In this document: piece after piece, positions 1 to 11,835 of the stretch
Numbering within the stretch: position 1 is the first letter of the stretch
Layout of the letters: every line of letters begins with the position of its first letter
Source: a virus
IMG/VR virus record: IMGVR_UViG_3300024999_000055
Span: 32,001 to 96,000 of that record
Direction: 5' to 3' (one strand)
DNA: 64,000 bases
Program-made: the position numbers and the translations under genes
Notes under the pieces: generated by a model
The model's database searches: none
What the model was told of the DNA's origin: nothing
The model's input: the letters and a program-made list of their open reading frames with translations, nothing else

Positions 1-149
1 GTGATTTTTATACCTACTAAATCAATAAAAAATATCAATTTTAATAAATTTTTTAGTTCTAAAAGGATAAATCCCTTTCCATATAGAATACTACTCTATA
101 ACATCACTCATCAATCATCTCTAATAACATATTAATAGGAGCAAACCAC

Positions 150-1733
150 ATGAAAAAAGATTTAATTTCCGCCGTAGCATACTGTCGGGTGTCAACTAAA
201 TCTACTGATCAAAAAAATAGTTATGATGCACAAATTAAATTTTTTAGAGAAAAAGCTGAAGAGTTAGGATATGAATTAGTAAAAGGAATAGGTACTTTTG
301 GAGATGGTATATTCGCAGATAGGGGAATTAGTGGTAAGGCATTAACTAAAAGAATTGAATTTAAAAAATTAACAGAACAAGTTAAAACTTTAAAATTTAA
401 AGCAATCCTAGTTACGAATGCAAGTAGACTAGCGAGGAATGCAGTAGATGGAATGAATGTTATTAGAGAAATTAAACCATATGATGCTTATATACATTTT
501 CTTAAAGAAAATTTAAAAAGTTGTAATCATTCTGATGAATTTTTAATTGATTTTTTTATGATGTTTTCACAAAATGAATTAAGAGAAATGTCTAAAAAAA
601 TTCAAGATGGTGTAAGGAAAGCACAAGGCAAAGGTGTATGGACAGCACCCCCACCTTATGGTTATAATCGCTTGAATGGTTATTTACAGATTAATGAAGA
701 AGAAAAACAAGTTGTTGAATTAATGTTTTTTCTTTATGCAGAAATTGGATATTCTATAGATAAATTAGTACGTGAATTAAATGGTATATGTATTCCTACT
801 AAAAAAGAAAAGAAATGGCAACATACTACTATTAGACATATTATTGAAAATCCAATTTATACTGGTTTACAAATAAATCATCAGACAGAAATGAAGGATA
901 TTTTTATTAATTTAATAGAGAAAATTAATGAGCATGGACAGATTAGGAATTATTTTGAACATTTACAGATAATTGATAAAGAAATATTTATTAAGGCACA
1001 AGAGATTAAAAAAGAGCGTTCTCAAATGGTAGAAAACGGAAAAAAATATAGTTCTACCAATGTATTATCGAATATATTTTTTTGTAAGTATTGCAATGCA
1101 AGTATGAAACGTATGCAAAGGTCAGATAAAAAAGGTCAGTTTTATTATGTATGTAGTAATTGTCATAAAGATAGAGCAATTTGTAAATATTACAATTATA
1201 TTAAAGGAGAAGAAGCCTTTGATAAAATTATGAAAGATGTTAAAAGTTTTGCTGAAAATATTAAGGGTAGAACAAATTTAAAAGAATTATATCAGTTTTA
1301 TATAGATAAATACTTAAACAAAAATTTTGTTAATAAATTACCTGAAATAGAATCTGAAATAGAAAGATTAGAAAATCGTAAAAAAAATTATCAAATTATG
1401 AAGGCAGATGGAGAATTATCTAAAAACGATTTTAGTGATAGAATGAATGAAGTTGAAAGTGAATTAAAAAATTTATATAGAAATAGAGATAAGATTTTAA
1501 ATATTGAAAAAGAAATTGAAAATATATGGGATATTTACAATTATTTAATTTCTACTATTCAAAATTTTGATATTAGAAAATCAAGTAATGGTGATATCAA
1601 AAAGATAATTACAAAAGTAGAAATTAAAACTGTTGACAATGAAAAACTAATTGAAGTACAATTGAATAATGGTCTAGAAAAAGATTTCTCCACTATCTCG
1701 AATGAATATAATATGCAATTCATTGATTTTTAG
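150..1733 (+). CDS. Large serine recombinase (phage integrase)
   Basis: AYCRVST catalytic motif, DRGISG, SRLARN, PPYGY recombinase domain, CxxC..C Zn-ribbon and coiled coil; AGGAG RBS. Confidence 0.95.
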   Translation: MKKDLISAVAYCRVSTKSTDQKNSYDAQIKFFREKAEELGYELVKGIGTFGDGIFADRGISGKALTKRIEFKKLTEQVKTLKFKAILVTNASRLARNAVDGMNVIREIKPYDAYIHFLKENLKSCNHSDEFLIDFFMMFSQNELREMSKKIQDGVRKAQGKGVWTAPPPYGYNRLNGYLQINEEEKQVVELMFFLYAEIGYSIDKLVRELNGICIPTKKEKKWQHTTIRHIIENPIYTGLQINHQTEMKDIFINLIEKINEHGQIRNYFEHLQIIDKEIFIKAQEIKKERSQMVENGKKYSSTNVLSNIFFCKYCNASMKRMQRSDKKGQFYYVCSNCHKDRAICKYYNYIKGEEAFDKIMKDVKSFAENIKGRTNLKELYQFYIDKYLNKNFVNKLPEIESEIERLENRKKNYQIMKADGELSKNDFSDRMNEVESELKNLYRNRDKILNIEKEIENIWDIYNYLISTIQNFDIRKSSNGDIKKIITKVEIKTVDNEKLIEVQLNNGLEKDFSTISNEYNMQFIDF

Positions 1734-1768
1734 AAGTAAGACTAGAGACAGTATTCTAAAAGTCAACG

Positions 1769-1794
1769 AAAGGGTATCTTAATTGATACCCTTT
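1769..1794. terminator. Bidirectional intrinsic terminator between convergent genes
   Basis: AAAGGGTATC-ttaatt-GATACCCTTT perfect 10-bp stem. Confidence 0.8.
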
Positions 1795-1798
1795 AATA

Positions 1799-2116
1799 TT
1801 AATTAATATTTATATTTGTACGTATCCCTAAATATAATTTATCTGTTGTTTTATATCCACCTACAATAAAATCTTTAAAATCTATTTTCTTTTTATCTTC
1901 GTTTAAATTATCTATAAATTTTTTTAATTTACCAACATTTTCAAGTTCAAATACTTCTAGAATTTGATTGTATATTTTAATTTTTATTTCCGATAAATTA
2001 TTTTCTGTAAATTCAAAAACACTAGGATAATTGTAAGGTGGATTTTTCATTTTATTTATTTTACGAAGAATAGGATTAAAAACTTCATAATATTCAATTT
2101 CTTTCATATTCATCAC
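1799..2116 (-). CDS. Hypothetical protein, last gene of the - strand block
   Basis: ORF with AGGGTGA RBS, ends at the terminator. Confidence 0.6.
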   Translation of the reverse strand: MMNMKEIEYYEVFNPILRKINKMKNPPYNYPSVFEFTENNLSEIKIKIYNQILEVFELENVGKLKKFIDNLNEDKKKIDFKDFIVGGYKTTDKLYLGIRTNININ

Positions 2117-2167
2117 CCTATATATATGTATTAATCAACTAACTATTTATTGTCTGCCAATTATTGG

Positions 2168-2737
2168 TTATTCATCTATACTCCCAACAACCCCATAAAA
2201 CTCATCCCATCCACTAACTCTATAATCACAATCCACACCAACAACCAATTCTCTATTGTACGCTCTATCCATAACTACACTCACACCATTAAATTTACTT
2301 ATATACTCAGGACAGTCATCAAACAATATCCCACTATCTATACCATCGCCTATCCTACTTAACAAATCACCTTTATTTCCAACTAATATTAAATTTTTAA
2401 TATCAAAGAATGGCAAATGTTTCCTAATCCATAAATATTTTTCAAATACAGAATATTCGTTCATTGGAGAGGAAATTATAAACATTTCATTCCCATCATT
2501 AACTAATTTTTTTATTGTTTCTATCGCACCTTCAATTGGTTCTAACATTCTAAAGAATCCTGGTTGCTTAAGTATTTCTATTCCTTTTTCACCTATGTAT
2601 TGTGATAATGAATATGTTTTAATATCATTTGGTTTTAAATTTTTATCATATTTGTAATTATAGATACGACATAATTTGTCTAATAATTTACAAATAACTT
2701 CATCAAGATCGAGATAGATTGTTAATTTTTTACTCAT
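2168..2737 (-). CDS. 5'(3')-deoxyribonucleotidase (HAD, NT5C-like)
   Basis: IYLDLDEV motif I, GFFRMLEP, EKYLW, LFDD motif. Confidence 0.85.
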   Translation of the reverse strand: MSKKLTIYLDLDEVICKLLDKLCRIYNYKYDKNLKPNDIKTYSLSQYIGEKGIEILKQPGFFRMLEPIEGAIETIKKLVNDGNEMFIISSPMNEYSVFEKYLWIRKHLPFFDIKNLILVGNKGDLLSRIGDGIDSGILFDDCPEYISKFNGVSVVMDRAYNRELVVGVDCDYRVSGWDEFYGVVGSIDE

Positions 2738-3312
2738 AAATTTCCTCCAATTATATTAATAATTTCACCAACACATTTATCAAAATCATAATTATCTACC
2801 ACATAATCTACTTCTTTATTAATAACTTCTTGTGTAAACTTTTCTTTGTCATCTAAATATCTTCTATTCCATTCAACCTCATCAAAATCTTCCCTATCAA
2901 TACATCTACTTCTTCTTGTTTGCTCATCAACATTAATAAAAAATGATATAATATTATCCTTATAATGTTTTTTAAATTGAATTAATCCTAAAATATCTAA
3001 AACAACGATATAATTATGTTTTGATAAATCAATACTATCTTTACTAACTCCATAATACCAAATATCAGGAATATTATTTACTAATGTATTATATGTACGA
3101 CATTCAATAAATTCATTATTAGATAGCATTTTTTCAAATTGTTTTTTTGTAATAAAATGATATGGATTACATTCTGATTCATTTAGGCGAATTGGACGAG
3201 ATGTATATGAGATTATTTCTGAGTAATTATAATTATTTGCTATGTGTTTTGTGAGAACATCTTTCCCTGAAGCAGAAAATCCACTAAGAATAAGAATTTT
3301 ATTGATATTTAT
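2734..3312 (-). CDS. gmk: Guanylate kinase-like NMP kinase (extended to an ATA start; the ORF track truncates it at 3129)
   Basis: In-frame upstream extension INKILILSGFSASGKD...SYTSRPIRLNE...YHFI contains the P-loop; WYYG motif; AGGAG 9 nt before ATA at 3312. Confidence 0.85.
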   Translation of the reverse strand: MNINKILILSGFSASGKDVLTKHIANNYNYSEIISYTSRPIRLNESECNPYHFITKKQFEKMLSNNEFIECRTYNTLVNNIPDIWYYGVSKDSIDLSKHNYIVVLDILGLIQFKKHYKDNIISFFINVDEQTRRSRCIDREDFDEVEWNRRYLDDKEKFTQEVINKEVDYVVDNYDFDKCVGEIINIIGGNL

Positions 3313-3314
3313 AA

Positions 3315-4448
3315 CTAATCTCTCCTTTTTATATTATATTTATTATTGTAAAAGTTCAAAAACTTTTGAAATTTATTATATTTTCTTTCTAGAAAAGTTT
3401 TAGCATCTTTATACAAATAATTGTATATCTTATATATTCCATGTACTCCTCCATATTTTAAATGTCTTATAGTTTCAGAATTATGATTTTTATATAATTT
3501 TGTATAACTTAATTCACATTGCTCCACTAATATTCTTTGCATGACTTGTAAAAAATGTATATTACTAATAATATCAATTCCCCATTGATTATCTTTTCCA
3601 TAAATACAACCATCACCGTCAAAATATCCTCTAATAAAATGATGAATTAAGTTATTAGGTAAAATATTAATATCAGGAAATCTTATAGTAAAACTTTTAT
3701 TTTCTATACAACCACATTTTTTTAAATCTAATATCATTTTACTATCGTGAATTGTTATTCTTTTATTTTTATATTCTTTATTATTTAAAATTACATTTTT
3801 ATCTTTAATTAACACATCTGCGTGTATACTATATAAAAATTTTTCTAAATGATTTTTATCTCTTTCTTGTAAAGTTAAATCTACTGCATTTTTATTTATA
3901 CTTCCATCTGCATATAAAAATCCTAACCAATATGCCTTTTCTTCAGTGTTTATATTTTCAAAAAAATCATTATATTTTTTTTGTCTTAATTCAATGTTTC
4001 TTTCTTTTAAAATATCTTTTACCATATAGTCTGACATATTAAATTGGTCTTCTATGTATTTTATATTATTTCCTTTTAAATAACTATTAATTATTTCATC
4101 TTTTTGTATTTCTGTAAAAATACGTTTATTCTCTTTATTACGTTTTATTTTATTTTCTCTTTCTATACATCCACAACTTTGTGTATTACCCGAAGTTAAA
4201 CTTCCTCTTCTTACTTCAATAATAGTTTTATCTTTACAAGAACATTGACATATCCATAATATTTTATTTTGTTTATTTCTTTTTTTACTTTTACCTAAAA
4301 CAGTTAATCTTCCAAATGTTTGATTAGTTAAACTATAATTTTTTCTTAAATCATAAGTATTGATTAATTTATTTATATAAGATTGTCCTACATCAAATAT
4401 TTTTGCTAGTTCTTTTTGAGTATAATTTAATTCTATGTATTTTTGCAA
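3315..4448 (-). CDS. Free-standing LAGLIDADG homing endonuclease
   Basis: AYWLGFLYADG and HFIRGYFDGDG motifs; N-terminal FGRLTV..WxCxCxC..SCGC module. Confidence 0.85.
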   Translation of the reverse strand: MQKYIELNYTQKELAKIFDVGQSYINKLINTYDLRKNYSLTNQTFGRLTVLGKSKKRNKQNKILWICQCSCKDKTIIEVRRGSLTSGNTQSCGCIERENKIKRNKENKRIFTEIQKDEIINSYLKGNNIKYIEDQFNMSDYMVKDILKERNIELRQKKYNDFFENINTEEKAYWLGFLYADGSINKNAVDLTLQERDKNHLEKFLYSIHADVLIKDKNVILNNKEYKNKRITIHDSKMILDLKKCGCIENKSFTIRFPDINILPNNLIHHFIRGYFDGDGCIYGKDNQWGIDIISNIHFLQVMQRILVEQCELSYTKLYKNHNSETIRHLKYGGVHGIYKIYNYLYKDAKTFLERKYNKFQKFLNFYNNKYNIKRRD

Positions 4449-4542
4449 TTCTTCTTTAGAAATATTATATTTTATATTTTTTATTTTATACGATTTCCTT
4501 TCTAAATTTATTTTTATATTCTATTCATATTCCTACCACTGT

Positions 4543-5373
4543 TTAAACAGCAATAGGAATACCTTTAATTTGTTCTCCACATTTATAATCTTCTAACACA
4601 AAATCATTCACAGTAAAATTATAAAAATTATTAATCTTATCATTTACAATCAATCTAGGAGCATCATAATTATCTCTACTAATTAATTCTTTAACTTTAT
4701 CTACATGTCTGTCATAAACATGAGCATCAGCAATAACATGAACAAATTCACCAACTTCTAAATCATTAACTTGTGCGAACATATGTAAAAGTATTGAGTA
4801 TTGACATACATTCCAATTATTAGCAGCTAATACATCTTGACTTCTCTGATTCAATATTCCATTCAACTTATTATCTATAACATTAAATGTCATGCTATAT
4901 GCACAAGGATATAAATTCATTTCATGTAAATCTTCAAAATTATAAATATTAGTCATAATTCTTCTACTATATGGATTATGTTCTAAATCGTATAATACCC
5001 TATCTACTTGATCAAACCATCCTTCTTTATATTTATGTTTCTTTTGAAATTGAAAACCGTAACATTTACCAATCGAACCATTTTCATCTGCCCATTGATT
5101 CCAAATTTTTGAATTTAAATCTTTAATATTATTAGATTTTTTTTGCCATATCCATAAAATTTCATCAATACATGCTTTTAAATTTGTTGGTCTTAATGTT
5201 AATATAGGAAATTCTTCTTGTAGATCATATCTATTAACAATTCCAAATTTCTTAATTGTATGTGCAGGTGTTCCATCTTCCCATTTTGCTCTGATAATTT
5301 GTCCTTCGGAAGATGTTCCGTTTTCTATAATGTCTTTGCACATAGAAATGAATATATTGTCTGCTTTACTCAT
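4543..5373 (-). CDS. thyA: Thymidylate synthase
   Basis: EILWIW, PYSRR, LYPCA catalytic Cys, QRSQD, AHVYDRH. Confidence 0.97.
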   Translation of the reverse strand: MSKADNIFISMCKDIIENGTSSEGQIIRAKWEDGTPAHTIKKFGIVNRYDLQEEFPILTLRPTNLKACIDEILWIWQKKSNNIKDLNSKIWNQWADENGSIGKCYGFQFQKKHKYKEGWFDQVDRVLYDLEHNPYSRRIMTNIYNFEDLHEMNLYPCAYSMTFNVIDNKLNGILNQRSQDVLAANNWNVCQYSILLHMFAQVNDLEVGEFVHVIADAHVYDRHVDKVKELISRDNYDAPRLIVNDKINNFYNFTVNDFVLEDYKCGEQIKGIPIAV

Positions 5374-5644
5374 ATGTATATTATATTCTCCTTTATTTAT
5401 TATTTTACTATTCTATTTATTGTCCTAATCTTAACACAAAAACTTTCCAATCAAAAATGCTATACTTATTAATATTGTTCCTACAATTATTGCCATACAT
5501 AACATAGGTGTCATAAAATCATAAGGATGATATGCTTTACTATTAATATAATAAGCATAACCAAATCCTGAACAAATGAATATGATTAGAAATGCCCACC
5601 ACGGGATGTAGATAATTATCACCTCCTTTCATAAGTTTATTTAT

Positions 5645-5673
5645 ATTATATATTTATTTTAATATTCTGTCAA
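5645..5673 (-). promoter_or_regulatory. SigA-type promoter for the thyA-HEG-gmk-nucleotidase block
   Basis: TTGACA-17 bp-TATAAT. Confidence 0.8.
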
Positions 5674-5687
5674 GTTTAAATTTCATA

Positions 5688-5705
5688 ACCAAACATGACA
5701 TTGAT
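5688..5705. repeat. Dyad site A
   Basis: ACCAAA-catgac-ATTGAT directly after the stop at 5707. Confidence 0.55.
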
Positions 5706-7659
5706 ATTAATCCAATTCTACATTCTCACATAATTCATCTTTCATCCATCCCTTAATGAATTCATTTATTGTCATATCTCCATTAATCGCATGAATTTTT
5801 TTATTTTGTTTTTTAAATCTAGCGACAGCAATTTCTAACCATGATATATGATAATAATGTGGCATTTCATTACTTATTGAATTATTAAATAAATTATTTA
5901 CACATGGAATATACGTTTGAAATTCACCATTATTCATATTAATAGGATTTAAAGGACAATTCCATGCATGATTTCCTGCTGAATCTTTTTGACAATATAA
6001 ACACATAGAAATACTCATATATCATTCTCCTTTCTATTTTTTATTATTTCAATATTCGTTCACATTAATTAATTTTCCACAATTATCACACACTATAATA
6101 GTTTCTTTGTTTATATTATTTTCTTTATTTTCATTTGTTACATCAACAACCTTAGGATTAGAAATTAATTTCCCACAATTTGTACATAATATTTTACCTA
6201 TTAAAACACCTATACCTAACATATTATTACCTCCTTTATTTCGTCATTTACCTTCTAAATATTTTTCCATACAATTTACACAATCTTCAATACATGCAAT
6301 ACGATAAGAAATACAACAATATCCATCATCAACTAACTTTTCAGCAATTCTTTTTCTTTCTTCTTTTGCACCTTCTTCTTTATTCATTTCTGCAAACATA
6401 GATAAAGTGTCTGCTTCTAAATGTATTTTATTTTTATTCATAAGAAACCTCCTTTCTTTAGAGTTTAATTATATGTATTTAATTATAATTTCATATTAAT
6501 TCTAAAATCTGCTTCAATAATTAATTTTGCTAAATCTTTTTGTAATTTTGTCGCTATAGTACGCCACTCAATTATTTCTATATCTGATGCTTCAGTATTT
6601 GGATTCTGAAATAAACAAGATAACTCTTTAATTCTATCTTGTAATGATTGGAATTGATTATAAAATTTTTTATCTGATCTTATTGTGTATTGCATGATTA
6701 ATTTTCTCCTTTCTTATTTATTTTAACATTCTATTTTCATTATCTTCCATATCATATTTTAAATGATTTAATCTTTCATTTAATTCCTCAGACCAATCAA
6801 TCATTAATTTACAACTATATGTTGAATTTATATATTGGGAGTATTCATGTAATGCCCTAGTAATTTCTTGAATTCTTTGTAATTCATAAATATGTTTAGG
6901 TGTAATTCCTAATGGTGGTTTATTCATGTTGTTATTCTCTTTTAGTTTATTTTCTGATTTTCATTCCAATTTTTAATTAATGTTTCTACAGTTAAAAATC
7001 CACCTAGAGAATACATACAAACAGGGCATATTATTTGACTATTATATTCTAAATTTTCATTATATAAAATTACATTATTATTGTTACATATTGGGCAAGG
7101 TTTTAATTTATTCATATAATTTCTCCTTTTTAATCAATTTCAGCACCACAATGAACACAAATATTCAATTCTTCTGCACATTTCATACAAAATTTATCAA
7201 CATTAGAATTATGATGTAGAAATTCTTCTTTGCAGTTTTTACAATTAAATGTTGTAAATGCTTGAAGTGCTATTTTAATATTAATATAATAACAATATTT
7301 ACATTTTTGCAATTTTAATCTTTGTAGCTGTTTTGGGTCTGTATCGTAGTTATTTAAATTTTTTCTTATTGTAGATATAAATGATTTATTAGTTTCTGAT
7401 TGATGTTTTGGATTGATTGTCATATTATTTCTCCTTATTTTTTAATTTTTACTTTATCCATGTAACTATAAATTTCTGTTGCTTCTATATCTAAAGTATC
7501 TGCATATCCTATTTTTCTATTAAAATGTGTGCTTACTATTTTAAAATAATTATTCATATATTTTATTGTATCTTCATGTTTAATTTCAATTGTTTGATAA
7601 TGTTTATTAATTATATAGGCAATTATTAATAACATTTTTTTAATCATATTATAATCTCC

Positions 7660-7881
7660 TTAAATTTCATATTTTTCTTTTACAATATTGGTTGTGAATA
7701 ACTCAAACTTATCACAGCAATTATTAGATTTTAATTCAGACAACCTTTTAAGCATCTCTGATTCCGTATAAAATAATTCTCTTACTTCTCCTAAAGGCAT
7801 TAGTTTTGCACAACCAATCCCACCACAAACATATGTATGATAATCAATACCATATAATTTATTTACTTTGTTGTATATTAT
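7660..7881 (-). CDS. Hypothetical protein, ATA start (missed by the ORF track)
   Basis: AAAGGAGG 9 nt before ATA; 73-codon open frame filling the gap. Confidence 0.65.
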   Translation of the reverse strand: MIYNKVNKLYGIDYHTYVCGGIGCAKLMPLGEVRELFYTESEMLKRLSELKSNNCCDKFELFTTNIVKEKYEI

Positions 7882-7908
7882 AGGATTGTACCTCCTTTCT
7901 AAATTGAG

Positions 7909-7968
7909 ATCAAAGACAAATTTTATTAAAACATATTAAATCTTAGAATACAGTAAAATTAATGATTA
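7909..7968. repeat. Dyad site A followed by a degenerate motif B
   Basis: ATCAAA-gacaaa-TTTTAT, then GAATACAGTAAAATTAATGATTA at 7946. Confidence 0.5.
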
Positions 7969-8437
7969 TAAGTTATAAAATATTAAATCCTAATGAATCT
8001 AAATTTTGTGTACAATTATTAATGCAACCAATGTTCAATATTCGCTAATATCTTAATATGCTTTATATTATAAATAACTGTATTACTAGTAGTAGTTTTA
8101 GCTATATTCTTGACATTTAAACAAGGAATATCTAAACTTTTATTATTCCCTGTATAATTTTCAATATATACATAATCAGCTTTTTCTCTTTTTATATCAT
8201 ATCCAAAAGCAAATGTATCATCAACTAAAGTCAAACAATAAATCTTTTTATTTCTCCAATATACATTCCCATTTTTTATACACTCGTTTTGTTTTTCTTT
8301 TGAAAGTTTAACTTCTTTTAAATAATGAGCATTATACATATATCTTCTCCTTATTTTCATCAATTTCATTTATTAGATTATGACATTTTGCTATCATTTC
8401 AGATTGTTTATTCATATTTTATTATCCTTTTTATATT

Positions 8438-9418
8438 TTAATAAATTCTTTTCTCTAATAACTTAATATCATTTATTTCAAACATATTACAAATTAAAGC
8501 AATACGAATCCACATTCCATTTTCGCATTGTTCCCAGTATTTAGCACGTTTATTTTTATCAATCTCAACAGCAATTTCATTTCTTCTAGGTAACGGATGA
8601 AGTATAATCGTATCATCTTTCAATTTATTTATATTACTACTAGTTATGCTGTATTTATTCGTATCAATAATTTCATTTTCATTAATTCCTTCATTTTTAT
8701 ATTCATCTTGCAATCTAATCATATAGACAACATCAACTTCCGATATAACCTTTTCAAAATCATCAGTTAATTCATAATCAATATTCAATTGTTCTAATAT
8801 ATCAGATTTAATTTGAAATGTTTTTGGTGCAACAAAATATAACTTAGTACCTTTAACTTTATTTAATAATAGTGTTAATGATTTAACTGTTCTACCTCGC
8901 AATAAATCTCCAATAAATGCTATTTTTTTATTTTCTAATCCATATCTCCATATAGTATAAAAATCTAAAAGTGCTTGCGTTGGATGTTGGTCTGATCCCG
9001 ATCCAGCATTAATTATCCTCATATCATCAGGTAAATTTTCAGAAATTTCATAGATAAAATCAGATGATGGATGTCTCATTATAATTAAATCTATATATTG
9101 AGAAAATGTTTTAATTGCATCTAATTCAGATTCACCTTTTACTTCTGAGGAAGTAGAAGTATCTCTAATTTCTGAAGTAGATATACCTAAAATGTGGCAA
9201 GCATTTTGAAAAGATAAAAATGTTCTGGTTGATGATTGTTTGAAGTATAGTATTGCTCTTTTATCTGATAGAATTGTTTTTAAGTATTTTAATCCTTGTG
9301 AAGTTGATGCTGTATTTCTGATTGTGTCTGTTAGTTTGCATAGATTAAGTAGATTTTCTAGTGAATATTGTTGTGAGTTTATACATCTTGTTTGTATATT
9401 TGCGTTTATAATAATCAT
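8438..9418 (-). CDS. pyrB: Aspartate carbamoyltransferase catalytic subunit
   Basis: QSSTRT, KGESELD, MRHP, INAGSGSDQHPTQALLD, GDL..GRTVKSL, RLQDE, HPLPR. Confidence 0.95.
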   Translation of the reverse strand: MIIINANIQTRCINSQQYSLENLLNLCKLTDTIRNTASTSQGLKYLKTILSDKRAILYFKQSSTRTFLSFQNACHILGISTSEIRDTSTSSEVKGESELDAIKTFSQYIDLIIMRHPSSDFIYEISENLPDDMRIINAGSGSDQHPTQALLDFYTIWRYGLENKKIAFIGDLLRGRTVKSLTLLLNKVKGTKLYFVAPKTFQIKSDILEQLNIDYELTDDFEKVISEVDVVYMIRLQDEYKNEGINENEIIDTNKYSITSSNINKLKDDTIILHPLPRRNEIAVEIDKNKRAKYWEQCENGMWIRIALICNMFEINDIKLLEKRIY

Positions 9419-9424
9419 CTCCTT

Positions 9425-10039
9425 TTATATAATTTTATTTTTAATATAACTTTTATTTACTAGAGCAAAATCTATATCCTCATCAACATTATTCAATTTC
9501 AGATAATCATCCCATGTAACATTACTACAAAGACACATTGAATCAATAAATCCTAAAATAAATTCAACATTGCATCTAGTTTTAATAGATAAATTCATTT
9601 TATGCCTATTATTTATATAAAATGATTGTGGAGTATCCCCAAATTTCCTACTCATACCTTTCCAATCACAAATCATTTGATTAATGTGTTTAATTGGTAT
9701 ATCTAGTGCTATTCCATTATTGTCTATCCAATAATTCCAATGATGAGGATTATTTTTAAAATGATGCTCCCATGCTTTATTAAAATTATTTTTACATTCT
9801 AGATAGTTTCTGCTTAAATTAGACATCCCATTATTTAATTGTTCCCAATTATAATCTTTTTCAAGTTTTACACCATGATACCCATAAAACCATTCTGAAT
9901 ATGGTATAAATTCACATGGTAATAGTTTACTTAAATCATGTGTAAATGCGTGAAAATATAATTTTTCTTTCCAACATTCAATAAATACATTTTTCTTATG
10001 TTCTAAGACGTATTTTAGGTAATTAATATATTTTTTCAC
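9425..10039 (-). CDS. DUF5662-like (HD-related) protein
   Basis: EHKKNV, HDLSK, AWEHH..NPHHW, MICDW pattern. Confidence 0.7.
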   Translation of the reverse strand: MKKYINYLKYVLEHKKNVFIECWKEKLYFHAFTHDLSKLLPCEFIPYSEWFYGYHGVKLEKDYNWEQLNNGMSNLSRNYLECKNNFNKAWEHHFKNNPHHWNYWIDNNGIALDIPIKHINQMICDWKGMSRKFGDTPQSFYINNRHKMNLSIKTRCNVEFILGFIDSMCLCSNVTWDDYLKLNNVDEDIDFALVNKSYIKNKII

Positions 10040-11835
10040 ATTATTCTCCTTTTAGTTTAATATTCATACATATAAGGTTTTAAAATATTTTCTATTTCAT
10101 TCATTAATTTTGCACATTGTAACCATTTAACTTTTAATTCTTCATTTTCAATATCTTCACCATTAAGATATGATTGTATTGCATATCCTAATCCTTCTAT
10201 ATAAACAATTTCTCCAATATCTTTTAATGTTTTCATATAATTAATCTCCTTTAATAATTTTCTATTAATTCATTCATAATATTTAAATTCATTTTAATTA
10301 ATTCTGGTTCATTATCATCAACTTCGTCTAAAATAATTTCTCTTAAACTTTCTTTAATTTGCATTGTTAATTCTTCTAAATTTATACCTTTTCATCTATA
10401 TGTTTCTTTCCTTTTTCTGTAATTTTAAAATTTAATTCAATATTAAATTTCATTTCTACTACAATTGTTTCATTTGTCATAATTAATTCCTCCTTTGATT
10501 AAATTTAATATATTTATTAATTTCAAATAATAATATTTCTAAAATATCTTCTCTGCCTTTCTTATAATTACTATTTTGAAATAATTCATTTTCTTTAATT
10601 AATTTATTTACTATTAATTTTATTCTATCTTTTTCTGCAATTCTTCCTTCCTCAAATGCCTCTTTTCTATGTCTACCTAACATACAACTTAATTCACCAT
10701 GACTAATTTCTGCCATTATTTACTCCTTTCTTATATTTAAGATTAAATTAAACTGGTTTTAATGTTAACACTTCTCTATTCCAACACTCTTTACATTTAT
10801 TTATATTATCTTCAAAATTATATTTACATTCATCTTTTTGTTTCTTATATTTAGAATATGGATTTTCATATGGTGTATTTTTTAAACATTCAAAATATGA
10901 TGGGCAATAACTATCAAATATATAATCTTTTAATGTGATTTTATGATACTTTGCAAAAGATTTTATATCTTCAATTTCTTCGCTGGTTTGTATAATATAA
11001 TCAATTAATTTCATGTATTAATCTCCTTTAATTTCTACTTTCTTATTCCTTCTTTTACATTCATTTAAAGCATCTTGATATGAAAAATGTAAATATTTAT
11101 CCATTTCATAAAAGAAAGAATCTTTATCCTTCCAGTATCGCAATTCACCATCTTCATCTCGATCAATTTTATCTATTGAAACTAATTTCTTACTAACTTC
11201 CCATTTTTGCTTAGTTTTATTATGTATACCTTTCCCACCACATTCAGAACATTTTTCATCTACTTGACCGTTTTTGTAGCATTTATTACAGACAACTTTT
11301 ATTTTATAGTCTTGTAGTTTGATGTGATACATTTGAAGATTAGTATTATAATATAGATTATTTTTATATTCTTTTGCTATAATTTCTTTTTCTTTTACTA
11401 TTTCGCAATCTTCTCTTAAAATAAAATGACTATAATATTTAGATGCTTCATCAGTAATTATATAATCTACAGTACCACTTTCTTCTACTATAAATTCTTC
11501 ATTAATATAATTGCTATACCAATAATCAATATATTTTGCTTTTATAATTTTAACTTTCATATTAATTCTCCTTTTAGTTTATTATTTTTATTTACTTTCT
11601 GGAGATCTACTAAATCCTATTTGAAAGAATAACCATCCGCAATGTACAGTATGTTTTTCATTTATAAATTTAGGAAACCACCATATATTCTTAAAATCAA
11701 TTTCCCATATAATAGAATATTTTTTATTATCGAACCAAGTAAACCATAGAAAATTAACACCATTTATTTTGATTAGTTTTATATTTTTCATTTACTATCC
11801 TTTCTTAATTATTAAAAGAAACTTTGGAGTAAACT

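Larger units (their letters stand above)
5431..8369 (-). other. Run of small hypothetical genes
   Basis: Consecutive 60-116 aa - strand ORFs, each with a GGAG(G) RBS, several Cys-rich. Confidence 0.7.

Noticed and set aside
1734-1768. Possible att site after the integrase
   Set aside because: Only a weak imperfect dyad; cannot be supported without the empty host locus.
3130-3312. gmk as a truncated pseudogene, or stop-codon recoding
   Set aside because: The frame is open up to an ATA behind a good RBS; long genes are intact under code 11.
3315-4542. Group I intron housing the LAGLIDADG gene
   Set aside because: thyA and gmk are both complete on either side, and there is no room for an intron core.
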